From a virus: 64,000 bases of DNA. The notes below the pieces were generated by a model. The model saw only the letters and a list, made by a program, of their open reading frames with translations, was not told the origin of the DNA and did no database searches. The DNA is taken from the IMG/VR virus record IMGVR_UViG_3300045988_121434, positions 32,336 to 96,335 of that record; one strand, given 5' to 3'. A program made the position numbers and the translations under genes. Positions 25,987 to 35,212 of this stretch are shown piece after piece; position 1 is the stretch's first letter; each line of letters starts with the position of its first letter.

Positions 25987-25994
25987 TAATTTTG
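25987..25994 (+). promoter_or_regulatory. Bacteroidota-type -7 box (TAATTTTG)
   Basis: TAnnTTTG, 29 nt upstream of the ATG at 26023. Confidence 0.35.
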
Positions 25995-26022
25995 CGATAC
26001 TTAATTGATAAAGTAAGTATTT

Positions 26023-27120
26023 ATGTTCGATGAGTTATGTTCCATATATGCCGATGCGCTTGACAATGAAGGTCGATATATAGATCAGGAGACTGGCGAG
26101 CGTATCCAGCAAATGACTATCCGGGAGTTTTGTCTGTCGGACAGATGGAAGCCTTGCGTTGAGAAACTTCGCGCCATGCGGCAGGAGTTTGGCGACAAGG
26201 CGAAGAAGATGCCGGAGTACATAGATACAAAGAAACGGTTGCCCGGAGCCACGTTGAGCGGTCTCTTCGCATTGTATGATGATGAGTGCATCGCCAAGGA
26301 TGGCCGCAAGTACATCAAGAAGGTGAGTCGCCGCGAGACCCACCTCCAGCAACACACTGGATGGTTGGCTATCGACATCGACCTTGCCGACAACAAGCAC
26401 CTCACCAATTTTGAGAATGTGCGGATGGTGTGTCAGTTTCGTCCGGAAATAGCGTTGCTCATGCGGTCGTGCTCGGGCGTAGGTTACTTCGGACTTGTGC
26501 GGCTTGCTTATCCCGATAGGCACAAGGAGCAGTTCAAGGCATTACTCAAAGAGTATGCAGCTATTGGCATAATGCTCGACAAGCAATGCGGCAATATCGG
26601 ACGTGTGCGCTTTGCGTCGTGGGACGAGCAAGCGCATATATACATTAATCCGCAGGCTGTGGCTTATAAGGGTGTGGAAACTGAGACACCGCAAATAACA
26701 CCACGAAGCACAATGGGGTGTTATTCTTCAAATTATATCCGTCATGGTCTTAACCTTGGGAATAATCCTTTTGGCAGAAGAGAAACGGGAGTCTTTTGGG
26801 AAGATCCGCGAGTGCAAGACCGTTTGATTGAGGTTGTCGTGAAGGCTATGGTCAGTCGCAGGGTGAATATCACTGAGGACTATGATGATTGGTGCAAGGC
26901 AGGTTGGGCGTTGAAAGGACATCCATACGGTGAGCGGTTATTCCATGAGCTTTCGGCTTGCAGTCAGAAATATAATGCAGTCAATACCACATTGAAGTGG
27001 CGGCAACTCGGACAGAGTAACACCGTAACCGGCAATTACTTAATCCACGCTTGCAAGCAGAGCCTCGGAGAAGGCACTTACAGAGAACTTTGCCGTCAGG
27101 TGTGGAATGAACTAAAATAA
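26023..27120 (+). CDS. Primase / replication-initiator-like protein
   Basis: The N-terminal part (LAIDIDL...CSGVGYFGLVRL...GRVRFASWD) recalls the BT4734/VirE-N-like domain. The C-terminal DYDDWCKAGWALKGHPYGERLFHELSACSQKY recalls PriCT-2. It is adjacent to the iteron array. Confidence 0.45.
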   Translation: MFDELCSIYADALDNEGRYIDQETGERIQQMTIREFCLSDRWKPCVEKLRAMRQEFGDKAKKMPEYIDTKKRLPGATLSGLFALYDDECIAKDGRKYIKKVSRRETHLQQHTGWLAIDIDLADNKHLTNFENVRMVCQFRPEIALLMRSCSGVGYFGLVRLAYPDRHKEQFKALLKEYAAIGIMLDKQCGNIGRVRFASWDEQAHIYINPQAVAYKGVETETPQITPRSTMGCYSSNYIRHGLNLGNNPFGRRETGVFWEDPRVQDRLIEVVVKAMVSRRVNITEDYDDWCKAGWALKGHPYGERLFHELSACSQKYNAVNTTLKWRQLGQSNTVTGNYLIHACKQSLGEGTYRELCRQVWNELK

Positions 27121-27127
27121 ATGAGAT

Positions 27128-27640
27128 ATGCAACTGATAACCATAACAGGCTCCAGTGGGGTAGGCAAGGACACCGTGGCGCGTATGCTGTCGGAAATGA
27201 CGGGCATACCTGTGCTGTGTTCCTATACCACACGTTCGAAGCGTGATGGTGAGATGAACGGCAAAGAGCATTACTTTGTAAAGGAGTGCAATGTGCCACA
27301 AAGCGAGATGCTTGCCTATACCAAGTATGGAGGCTATGAGTATTGGACGTGTGTAGACCAGATAAATGACTCGGCTATTTATGTGATAGACGAGGACGGA
27401 ATGCGTGAGTTATACCGTAGGTTTCCACAAATGCCCACCGTGCATATATATGTCAATGCCACTGCGGAGGACTTACAAGCGCGAGGCATATCGGCGGAGC
27501 GCATAGCGCGAGACGCGGACAGGCAGACACTGCCCGAAAGTTTCTATCAATACACCATTCATAATGTAGGCACGAAAACGGAACTTAAACGCATCGTGCG
27601 CTGCTGTGTGGATTGGATGAAAATGAAGGGATTTTTATAG
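27128..27640 (+). CDS. Guanylate-kinase-like nucleoside monophosphate kinase
   Basis: It has the P-loop ITGSSGVGKDT and SYTTRSKRDGEMNGKEHYFV (a Gmk-like TTR..R..E..G..Y.F signature). Confidence 0.65.
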   Translation: MQLITITGSSGVGKDTVARMLSEMTGIPVLCSYTTRSKRDGEMNGKEHYFVKECNVPQSEMLAYTKYGGYEYWTCVDQINDSAIYVIDEDGMRELYRRFPQMPTVHIYVNATAEDLQARGISAERIARDADRQTLPESFYQYTIHNVGTKTELKRIVRCCVDWMKMKGFL

Positions 27641-27728
27641 GTGAATCGCAAGGTATCATGCGGGATGAGTACGATATAAGTACGACGTGAGTACAGCATG
27701 AGGGGTTATCCACGAAATACAAATTACA

Positions 27729-28085
27729 ATGGCAAAAGCAAGACCGACACCAACCATATCTTCCATATCTGGTAAGCTCAGCCGCAGGGACAGGATGTAT
27801 ATCCGTACTAACAGACATACAGGAAGAATTTTTATCGTGTGTGTGGAGAATTCTCATAAAGGTCCGTGGAGTGAGGCACAGGTTGCCAACCGCAAGCATT
27901 TTGCCCAAATCAGTAAGACGGCTTCGCAATGGTTGAAAGACAATGATCCGAAACGCAATGGCGGAACCTGCACGACTGAGTACAAGGCTATGCTCCGCAA
28001 GTATAATGCACAACACAGGATTGGCAATATATTCGCTTTCGTGGCGAAGCATTATCGTGATGGAGAGATAATTTCTTTTTTATGA
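27729..28085 (+). CDS. Hypothetical protein (paralogue of 61419-61862)
   Basis: It shares MAK...ISSISGKL... and ...KYNAQHRIGNIFAFV with the ORF at 61419. Confidence 0.5.
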   Translation: MAKARPTPTISSISGKLSRRDRMYIRTNRHTGRIFIVCVENSHKGPWSEAQVANRKHFAQISKTASQWLKDNDPKRNGGTCTTEYKAMLRKYNAQHRIGNIFAFVAKHYRDGEIISFL

Positions 28086-28121
28086 TTTACACCCTAAACA
28101 ATAAATTAAGATATACGAGCA

Positions 28122-29021
28122 ATGAATTTCATACAACCAAAGGTAGAGTGGTGGCAGCAGCAGACGATGGCGCAGCACATAGCGCGTGTCGGCAGAATAT
28201 GCTACAAGAGCCGGGGCAAGGAGCCCGACCCCGAAATGAGCGAGGAGGAACGTGTGGCGTTCATCAAGAAACGCGACGAGGACAGATGCAAGTCGTTCTG
28301 GGAGTCGGGCCATAGGTCGATGTACCGCCATGGCGCGGCATACTTCTTCGTGCCCAACGAAAAGAAGTTGTATGTGATATATGTGTGGTCGCTGTTGCAG
28401 GCCTCGCCATACGTTGATTATGCCGTGGAGGAAAACAAGGTGTGGATAAGTACCAATTTGCAGTTTCTCAGCGAGCGACCGCAGGTGATGCAGTTGCTCA
28501 TGCCGTTTGGCGTGAGCGAGGAGGAGTTTATCAAGAAGGCACTGAAGTACAAGTGTGATGATGCACTTTGGATATTGCGTATGACCTTCGTTGTTACCAC
28601 ACAGATAAGCACCTCGCGCGAGTTGAACCGCACATCGCCCAATGCCATTGCCGAGCAGAGCACACGCTACTGCAACTTAGAGAAGAAAGACGGCGTGCAG
28701 ATAGCCGAGCCGTATTGGTATGAGACAGGCACACGCTGGCAGCGTTTTCTCTTTAAGGCAGGGTGCGGCTTGGCATCGTGGATTTACGGCAGACTGCTCA
28801 AAGCCGGACTCCGACCGCAGGATGCACGCGGCATTCTCCCGCTTGACACCTATACCGTGGTGGCATACACTTACAACCTCTTGGAATGGAAGCATATCCT
28901 TGAATTGCGCTTTCACGAAAAGACCGGCAAGGCACATCCCAATGCCCGTTTTGTAGGTGGTGAGATACGCCACGCCATTACGGAGCGGATGAAAGAATAC
29001 ATCAAAGATTTTGAGATTTAA
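28122..29021 (+). CDS. thyX: FAD-dependent thymidylate synthase ThyX-like
   Basis: It has ESGHRSMYRHG (GH.S..EH-like), the ThyX-like serine/arginine motif STSRELNRTSPNAIAEQSTRY, and a C-terminal ELRFHEK...AHPNAR. Confidence 0.6.
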   Translation: MNFIQPKVEWWQQQTMAQHIARVGRICYKSRGKEPDPEMSEEERVAFIKKRDEDRCKSFWESGHRSMYRHGAAYFFVPNEKKLYVIYVWSLLQASPYVDYAVEENKVWISTNLQFLSERPQVMQLLMPFGVSEEEFIKKALKYKCDDALWILRMTFVVTTQISTSRELNRTSPNAIAEQSTRYCNLEKKDGVQIAEPYWYETGTRWQRFLFKAGCGLASWIYGRLLKAGLRPQDARGILPLDTYTVVAYTYNLLEWKHILELRFHEKTGKAHPNARFVGGEIRHAITERMKEYIKDFEI

Positions 29022-29050
29022 ACCAAATAGTTGAACGTAAAGCTAAAAAT

Positions 29051-29443
29051 ATGGAACAACTTACATTGAACGAATACCAGCAGAAGGCAATGACCACCTG
29101 TATGCCCACCTGCAACAACATCGCCTACATGACCATGAACCTCTGCGGAGAGGTGGGCGAACTTCACTCCAAGCTCGCCAAGGCTATCCGCAAGGGCAAA
29201 CTGTTTATCGGTACAAGCGACCGCGACAAGAACGGTGAGCGTATTATGACGCAGACCTTCTACAATATGAGTGAAGAGGAAATCAAGGACATTGAGAAAG
29301 AGTGTGGTGATGTGATGTGGCAGATAGCCGGTGTGTGCTCCGTGCTTGGTTTTAACCTGGAGAAAATTTGCCTACAAAATCTTGAAAAGTTGCAGTCGCG
29401 CCAGCAGCGCGGAGTTATTGACGGAAACGGAGACAACCGCTGA
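29051..29443 (+). CDS. MazG-like nucleotide pyrophosphohydrolase
   Basis: LNEYQQKA...CGEVGELHSKLAKAIRKG...ECGDVMWQIAGV...NLEKLQSR is a typical all-alpha NTP-PPase pattern (EXXE...E..D). Confidence 0.75.
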   Translation: MEQLTLNEYQQKAMTTCMPTCNNIAYMTMNLCGEVGELHSKLAKAIRKGKLFIGTSDRDKNGERIMTQTFYNMSEEEIKDIEKECGDVMWQIAGVCSVLGFNLEKICLQNLEKLQSRQQRGVIDGNGDNR

Positions 29444-29688
29444 TGGCACGCCGCATCTACAAAAAAGACTGCCTATTCACAACCGAAGAAATAGACGAGT
29501 TCCACGCTATGCTGTATAGCGTGAACACGTCTTCCATTGCCCCTTCTGTGCCTGTTTCGTGGCTAAAAGGCTACCAAAATTACAGTAGCAAATATTGACA
29601 ATAATAATGATTATGATAAATAAGCCCTTTTACCCATGAGCAAGAAGAATTACACTGAAATAAACAAAAAGAAATAACCGTACATACT

Positions 29689-30423
29689 ATGCCCAATATC
29701 TATCTGCGCCTTCCCATGAGTCGCTGCCAGTATTTTCGCCACCGCGACCCGTGCCATACGCTTGCCAAGAACGAGCCTGTGGTGTTCAATGCGTATATGC
29801 CGGAATACTTCGCCATGCGCAACTCGCTCACCAATGCCGGGGCTGTTGCGCAGAAGGTGAACATGCAATGCTTCTCTCACCAGCAATGGCAGAACATGCT
29901 GAACGGGCGGCATCCGTTGGGCAGTAACGTAATATTGAACCGCAATCCGAAAGATTATCTTACCTTTGCGGAGGTGCAGTATCTCAACGGAGCCACCGAA
30001 TACAGCAAGAGCGACAACGAGGATTATCTTTGCGTGAAACTGCCCACGGAGATAGAGGTGGTTGACACCGTGCGAGTGATTACTCCTACGTGGAACCTCG
30101 ACCGCCACGGCATATACAAGTTGATTGAATTGCTCAACAACGACTTCAAGCGCAGTGTCGTGGAATGGGTGCTGTCTACCTTCGATTATTGCACTGCCAA
30201 CGGCAAGATTATCGCCCGGAGTAAGGCGGCAATGCTGGAGCGTTTTCTTATGCGCTACGGCATAGACCCGTCTACGGAGGAGAAGGACAACATGCGCCGC
30301 GTGATAGAGCGATGGCTGAAGTCTGAGCACAGTTTCTTCCGCTCATATTCGTGCTTGGATATGCAGTATGAGGATGGTGGCGAGCGACAGCACCATATCG
30401 ACGAAATACAATGGTTAAGTTAG
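29689..30423 (+). CDS. Hypothetical protein
   Basis: 244-codon ORF. No motif recognised. Confidence 0.5.
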   Translation: MPNIYLRLPMSRCQYFRHRDPCHTLAKNEPVVFNAYMPEYFAMRNSLTNAGAVAQKVNMQCFSHQQWQNMLNGRHPLGSNVILNRNPKDYLTFAEVQYLNGATEYSKSDNEDYLCVKLPTEIEVVDTVRVITPTWNLDRHGIYKLIELLNNDFKRSVVEWVLSTFDYCTANGKIIARSKAAMLERFLMRYGIDPSTEEKDNMRRVIERWLKSEHSFFRSYSCLDMQYEDGGERQHHIDEIQWLS

Positions 30424-30489
30424 ATATTGTATATGAATGTTAATCATAAGATTAAAGCATGTTAAAACATATCCCAAATTAGAAATTAT

Positions 30490-30987
30490 ATGATTTTACC
30501 CGAAAACTGCAAGGAAATATTCCTCGAAGGCGTGACAGATGCCTATATCTACCCCACGGCAAATGCCGTGTTGCCTGTGCCGTTTGCCGTGGCGCAGATA
30601 CTCAGCATGAACAACTGCAAGTTGGGCGATGCGCTCCTGCATATCGCCACAGCCGGAGAAATCTACGTTGTGGCGGATACGCTATCGGCGAAGTCTACCT
30701 CGGCGAGAAACGGCAATGGCATCGTCTTTTCCCTCGAAATAAGCGCGACAATAATCGAAGACAAAGAAAATGTGCGTGAAACACGACGAAAAATCGCCAT
30801 TGAGGGCGATGATTACTATGTTGTGCTGAAACGTGAGGATGGCACTCTCTATCTGTGCTACACCCTGCCCGGCACATTCGTCTTCAATGCAAGTAACAGC
30901 ATAACGCAGACGAGCGAGCAAGTGTCGCTCACAATATCCATGAAGTCGATGTCGGACTTCATTCCTATAACAATACAGGAGAGCTAA
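30490..30987 (+). CDS. Hypothetical protein
   Basis: 165-codon ORF. No motif recognised. Confidence 0.5.
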   Translation: MILPENCKEIFLEGVTDAYIYPTANAVLPVPFAVAQILSMNNCKLGDALLHIATAGEIYVVADTLSAKSTSARNGNGIVFSLEISATIIEDKENVRETRRKIAIEGDDYYVVLKREDGTLYLCYTLPGTFVFNASNSITQTSEQVSLTISMKSMSDFIPITIQES

Positions 30988-31157
30988 GAACTTCTTTTGA
31001 ATATATGTACGGAATGCCGTTACTCGCGAAAGTGGCGGCATTTTTTTGTCCCTATTTGCGCCAGTTGCTTTGTTACTTTTGCAGAAGACAATTTTAGGAC
31101 ATTTCCCACAGGTAAAGGGATTGTATTTGGGATAACAACATAAACACAAGTTTAATA

Positions 31158-32792
31158 ATGAAAGGTCTTTATGAGATATTAACTGAAAAGACATGGATGG
31201 TCCGTCCCGATTTTGTTCACGGCATACGCAAGGCTTTGGAACAGAACCTGAACACCCATGCGGCTTTCAGCAAGCCCGAAAAGCAGTGCGGCTTCGTTAC
31301 TGCCGTGGCTGCTGACGGCACGGTGTACTACCCGGAGGAATATCAGATTTCCGAGGATGGCAAGCAGGTGAAGGGCAACTGGGCTTTGGGCTATGAGAAG
31401 GAGCAGACATTTCCTTTCGTTTCGGTCTTGACTATCGACGGCCCGATTACCCGCAATGGTGGGGGATGCTCGTATGGCTCTATCGATCACCGCGACATGA
31501 TGATGCGTGCAGCCGACCATCCGCTTTGCTGCGGTCACGTGTTCATCATCAACACACCCGGTGGTTCGGCATGGGCAAAGAACGACTATCAGCAGGCTAT
31601 TGACTATGCACATTCCAAGGGGCAGAAAGTTTTGGCTTTTATTGACGGCATGTGCGCCTCGGTTGGTATGTACCTCGCTGCGCTTTGTGATGAACGCTAC
31701 TTCATGCACCCGAAGGACGAGATAGGTTGCATCGGCGTGATGGCAGCTTTCTATACCGAGGCAGACGGAAGTACCAACAAGTTCACCAACGAGACCTATC
31801 ATGAGCTTTACGACCCGGAGTCGTTTGACAAGAACCGTAAGTTCCGCGATATTGCCAACGACGGCAAGACGGAGGCTTTGGTCAAAGAACTTGCCGAGCT
31901 TGGTGTGGAGTTCCGTGCCGATGTAAAAGCCGCTTGCCCCAACGCCAAGGACGAGCATCTGCATGGCAAGGTGTTCAATGCCGAGGATGTTACGGGCATT
32001 CTTGTGGATGGTCAGTCAGACTTTATGCTGGTTGTTCAGCGTGCGTTTGCTCTGCACAATGGCACGGCACAGCCTATCGAGCGCAACACGCCCAACGAGG
32101 AGCCGGAGCCAACGCCCGAACCGAGCAAAGAACCCGAAAACGCAACCAACACAAAAACTTTTATCAATATGCAGAATTATCCCCTTATCAATGCCGCTTG
32201 CGGATTGGAGGCTGGTGAGATTGCCGTGAAAGAGGAAGGCGCGTTTATGAACGCCCAGCTTCTTGACAACCTTGAAGCCAACATGAATGCAAGCGCACAG
32301 AAGGTGGCCGATGCAGAGCAGAAAGCCACCACAGCGGAGCAGTCTCTCGCGAAATTGCAGAGCAAGTTTGACGAAATCTCCGCGCAGCTCACAGCAGCCA
32401 ACGAAGCCAAGGCAGTCGCAGAAAAGGCACTTGCTGACGCAAACGAGGCTCACACCAAGGAAATCGAAACGCTCAACGCCCAGCACTCCGAGGCCGTAGC
32501 CAGGAAGGACGCGGAGATTGCTTCTCTCACTGAAGGCAAGACAAAGGCAGAAGCCGATCTCAAAGGTGCGCAGGACGCGCTCGCCACAGCCGAGCAGACT
32601 ATCGTCGACAAGGACGCGCAGATAGCATCGCTCACCAACGAGACGGGCAATGAGCTGGAGGCTGGCGAAGCTCCTTCCAACAACGGTGAGGGCGCAAAGA
32701 AGCAAAACCTCCGCGAGTTCGACCCTTCGCTCTATAAGACTAATACAGAGCGCAAGGCAGCGTTTGAGCGTTTCAAGCGTGGTGAGGAATAA
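31158..32792 (+). CDS. Prohead protease (S49/ClpP fold) fused to a scaffold-like coiled coil
   Basis: FIINTPGGSAWA...AFIDGMCASVGMYLAALCDERY...IGCIGVMAA resembles the SppA/S49 catalytic region. The C-terminal 200 aa or so is an Ala/Glu/Lys coiled coil. Confidence 0.7.
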   Translation: MKGLYEILTEKTWMVRPDFVHGIRKALEQNLNTHAAFSKPEKQCGFVTAVAADGTVYYPEEYQISEDGKQVKGNWALGYEKEQTFPFVSVLTIDGPITRNGGGCSYGSIDHRDMMMRAADHPLCCGHVFIINTPGGSAWAKNDYQQAIDYAHSKGQKVLAFIDGMCASVGMYLAALCDERYFMHPKDEIGCIGVMAAFYTEADGSTNKFTNETYHELYDPESFDKNRKFRDIANDGKTEALVKELAELGVEFRADVKAACPNAKDEHLHGKVFNAEDVTGILVDGQSDFMLVVQRAFALHNGTAQPIERNTPNEEPEPTPEPSKEPENATNTKTFINMQNYPLINAACGLEAGEIAVKEEGAFMNAQLLDNLEANMNASAQKVADAEQKATTAEQSLAKLQSKFDEISAQLTAANEAKAVAEKALADANEAHTKEIETLNAQHSEAVARKDAEIASLTEGKTKAEADLKGAQDALATAEQTIVDKDAQIASLTNETGNELEAGEAPSNNGEGAKKQNLREFDPSLYKTNTERKAAFERFKRGEE

Positions 32793-32865
32793 CACGTTCC
32801 CCGACCAACACAAAAACTAAGAGTTCTTTTCATCAAGTATTTAACAACACAAACACAAAAACACA

Positions 32866-34164
32866 ATGGCAAAACTTCCTGAAAATTTTATCGGCACTGA
32901 GGCTCTTGAGCATGTAGCCGAGCAGGTTAGCAAGGAAATTCTTATGGGTCCGGGCTATACCGACGCTGAGGAAATGGACCGCCTCGGTATCGACATCGTG
33001 AGCGGCATCCAGTTCAAGCGTACCTTCCACATTTTGCTTCGCAAGGGCGGCACTACTCGCCGTAAGGATGTTCACACTAAGGTGAACAGCGAGGCTGGTT
33101 TCCTCAAGGAGCGCACGTTGACCGTGAAGCTCGCTTGGGATCATTTCACCGACAATGCCGACAAGTATTGTGAGACGGTATTCGGCACAGATGCACAGGG
33201 GCAGTATCCTCTCTCAACAGAGGCTGCTACTGCCGTGCTCACCAACTATGCCGACAACCTTACCGCTTGCTTGTGGAACGGTGATATTGACCTCGACAAG
33301 GGAGGTGAGTCTACTCCTGCCCACGATCAGGCTCTTGCTCTTTACGATGGTTTCCACACCTGCGTAAAGCACGACATCGAGGATGGCGTCATTAGCGAGG
33401 CTAACGGCAACCTTATCCCTTGCGACGCTATCGGTGCTCCTGCCAATACCGACGACACCACTCCATACGACAACTTCATCGCTTGGCACCGCAAATGGGA
33501 TGCTCGTCTTCGCAAGGTGAACACTCGTGTTTACATGAGTGAGGTAACGGCATTCAACATCGCAAGCGGTTATGCTAATAAGTATCACGGCAACTTCAAG
33601 GTGGAGTATGAGCAGGGTGGCAATTTTAAACTGCCTGGTCTGTCAAAGGTAACACTTTGTCCTATCGCTGACTTCGGCGAGGGTGATCGCATGTACGCCA
33701 CTATCGACAAGAACTTTGCATACGGTGTTGATACGCTCAACAACCAGACTTATGTCGGTGTGAAGGTTGGTACTGATGATGATATGCGTGATGTGCAGTT
33801 CCAGGTTCAGTCTATCCAGGGTGCCGGCATCAAGAATCCGTTTAAGTACGCTTTCTGTATGTCTGACGGCAACCTTGCTACTACTGAATATGTGGCTGGC
33901 GACTACGACAACACCAACCTCGTTGTTACCATCGTTGATACCGACGGCAAGCCTGTAACTGATGGTTCCGTAACGGTGAACAGCACGAAGTACACTAAGC
34001 CTGTTGAGACTACCATCAACCAGGTGCTTACTCTCGTTGCAACTGACGGTTCTACCAACAAGTTCTCTCACTGGAGCAACGGCAAGACCGAGAAGACTAT
34101 CTCGCTCACGGCTACAGGCATGAACATGGGTATCACAGCCTTCTTCAAGAAGAACGGCGACTAA
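32866..34164 (+). CDS. Major capsid protein (putative), with Ig-like C-terminal extension
   Basis: 432 aa, immediately downstream of the protease/scaffold gene. The C-terminal 90 aa or so is rich in beta-strand T/V (VVTIVDTDGKPVTDGSVTVNS...). The assignment is by position. Confidence 0.55.
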   Translation: MAKLPENFIGTEALEHVAEQVSKEILMGPGYTDAEEMDRLGIDIVSGIQFKRTFHILLRKGGTTRRKDVHTKVNSEAGFLKERTLTVKLAWDHFTDNADKYCETVFGTDAQGQYPLSTEAATAVLTNYADNLTACLWNGDIDLDKGGESTPAHDQALALYDGFHTCVKHDIEDGVISEANGNLIPCDAIGAPANTDDTTPYDNFIAWHRKWDARLRKVNTRVYMSEVTAFNIASGYANKYHGNFKVEYEQGGNFKLPGLSKVTLCPIADFGEGDRMYATIDKNFAYGVDTLNNQTYVGVKVGTDDDMRDVQFQVQSIQGAGIKNPFKYAFCMSDGNLATTEYVAGDYDNTNLVVTIVDTDGKPVTDGSVTVNSTKYTKPVETTINQVLTLVATDGSTNKFSHWSNGKTEKTISLTATGMNMGITAFFKKNGD

Positions 34165-34279
34165 CCTCGGCTTTTCATAAAGCTCTATAAATCCTATGGT
34201 GGTGGGTAACTTGCCCCGACGGAACATAGTCAACCGCCACCTTTATTTTTAACAACACAAACACGAAAACGATACAATT

Positions 34280-34834
34280 ATGACAGAACAAGTAACTTGC
34301 CCACAGCCAGTTGACTTCTTGAACGATGACGAGTGCCTGGAGAATCTTGCAGGTCTTGGCGGCACTATCTACATCGGTATCAAGAGTGAGTTGAAGTCTC
34401 CGCTTATTGCTACGGAGAACAACTATTCTACACCAGAGTTTGACAGCGGTAAGGGTCTTTTTAAGGTGCAGTGTAAAGACGACTCACAGCAGATCCAGGG
34501 CTCATCTCTCGGCTATCGTAAGGGTTTTGAGCAGACTTGTACTTTCGTACTTGACTCTGTAAATGCAGCAGCCGGGAAGCTCGCCCGTGCCGTGAACAAC
34601 CGCGACATTTTTATTATCGCAAAGGATAATAAGGTATCACAGATTATGTACGCCCCAGACCGCAAAATCAAGTTCGAATCGGGCGGCATCAAGACCGACA
34701 CGGGAGCCAAGCCGGAGGATGACCGTACAACGACATTCGAGGCAAAACTTTCACCAGTAGAGTTCCCGAACTATTACGTTACAGAGCCTACTGCTGGTGG
34801 TTGGGATTCTCTCCTCGCTAACAAGGGGGAATAG
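34280..34834 (+). CDS. Hypothetical structural protein
   Basis: 184-codon ORF following the capsid gene. Confidence 0.5.
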   Translation: MTEQVTCPQPVDFLNDDECLENLAGLGGTIYIGIKSELKSPLIATENNYSTPEFDSGKGLFKVQCKDDSQQIQGSSLGYRKGFEQTCTFVLDSVNAAAGKLARAVNNRDIFIIAKDNKVSQIMYAPDRKIKFESGGIKTDTGAKPEDDRTTTFEAKLSPVEFPNYYVTEPTAGGWDSLLANKGE

Positions 34835-35000
34835 TCAGCGGGTCTGACAAGAGCGAGACGAAACCCGCTAAACAATCTCTCGACAATGCTGATGCAGACT
34901 TCTTCAGTAGTGAAAGCGAAACAGAAGTAAGCACTACGGCAAAGGAGAGCAAGAAGTAATCGCTCACATCTGGAAAAGAAACTTTTGTCCATAAATAGGA

Positions 35001-35052
35001 AATCCCGACATTCTGCCTATATAATATATAAGGTTTGAGTGTCGGGATTTTT
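35001..35052 (+). terminator. Hairpin with T-run after the head module
   Basis: The 10-bp stem AATCCCGACA / TGTCGGGATT has a 29-nt loop and is followed by TTTT. Confidence 0.35.
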
Positions 35053-35140
35053 ACGTTCTGTGAGTATTAGTATTCTGACGTTTTAATTCTTATATTAGCA
35101 TTTCTAATACAAAACGATAGCAAGGAGAGATTATTTTCTG

Positions 35141-35148
35141 TAAATTTG
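35141..35148 (+). promoter_or_regulatory. Bacteroidota-type -7 box (TAAATTTG) upstream of the LysR gene
   Basis: TAnnTTTG in an AT-rich spacer, 65 nt upstream of the ATG at 35213. Confidence 0.35.
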
Positions 35149-35212
35149 CAATTAGAAATATTATTTTGATATAAAAATGTAAGTATGGAGAATAACTAAA
35201 CACTCAGACTAT

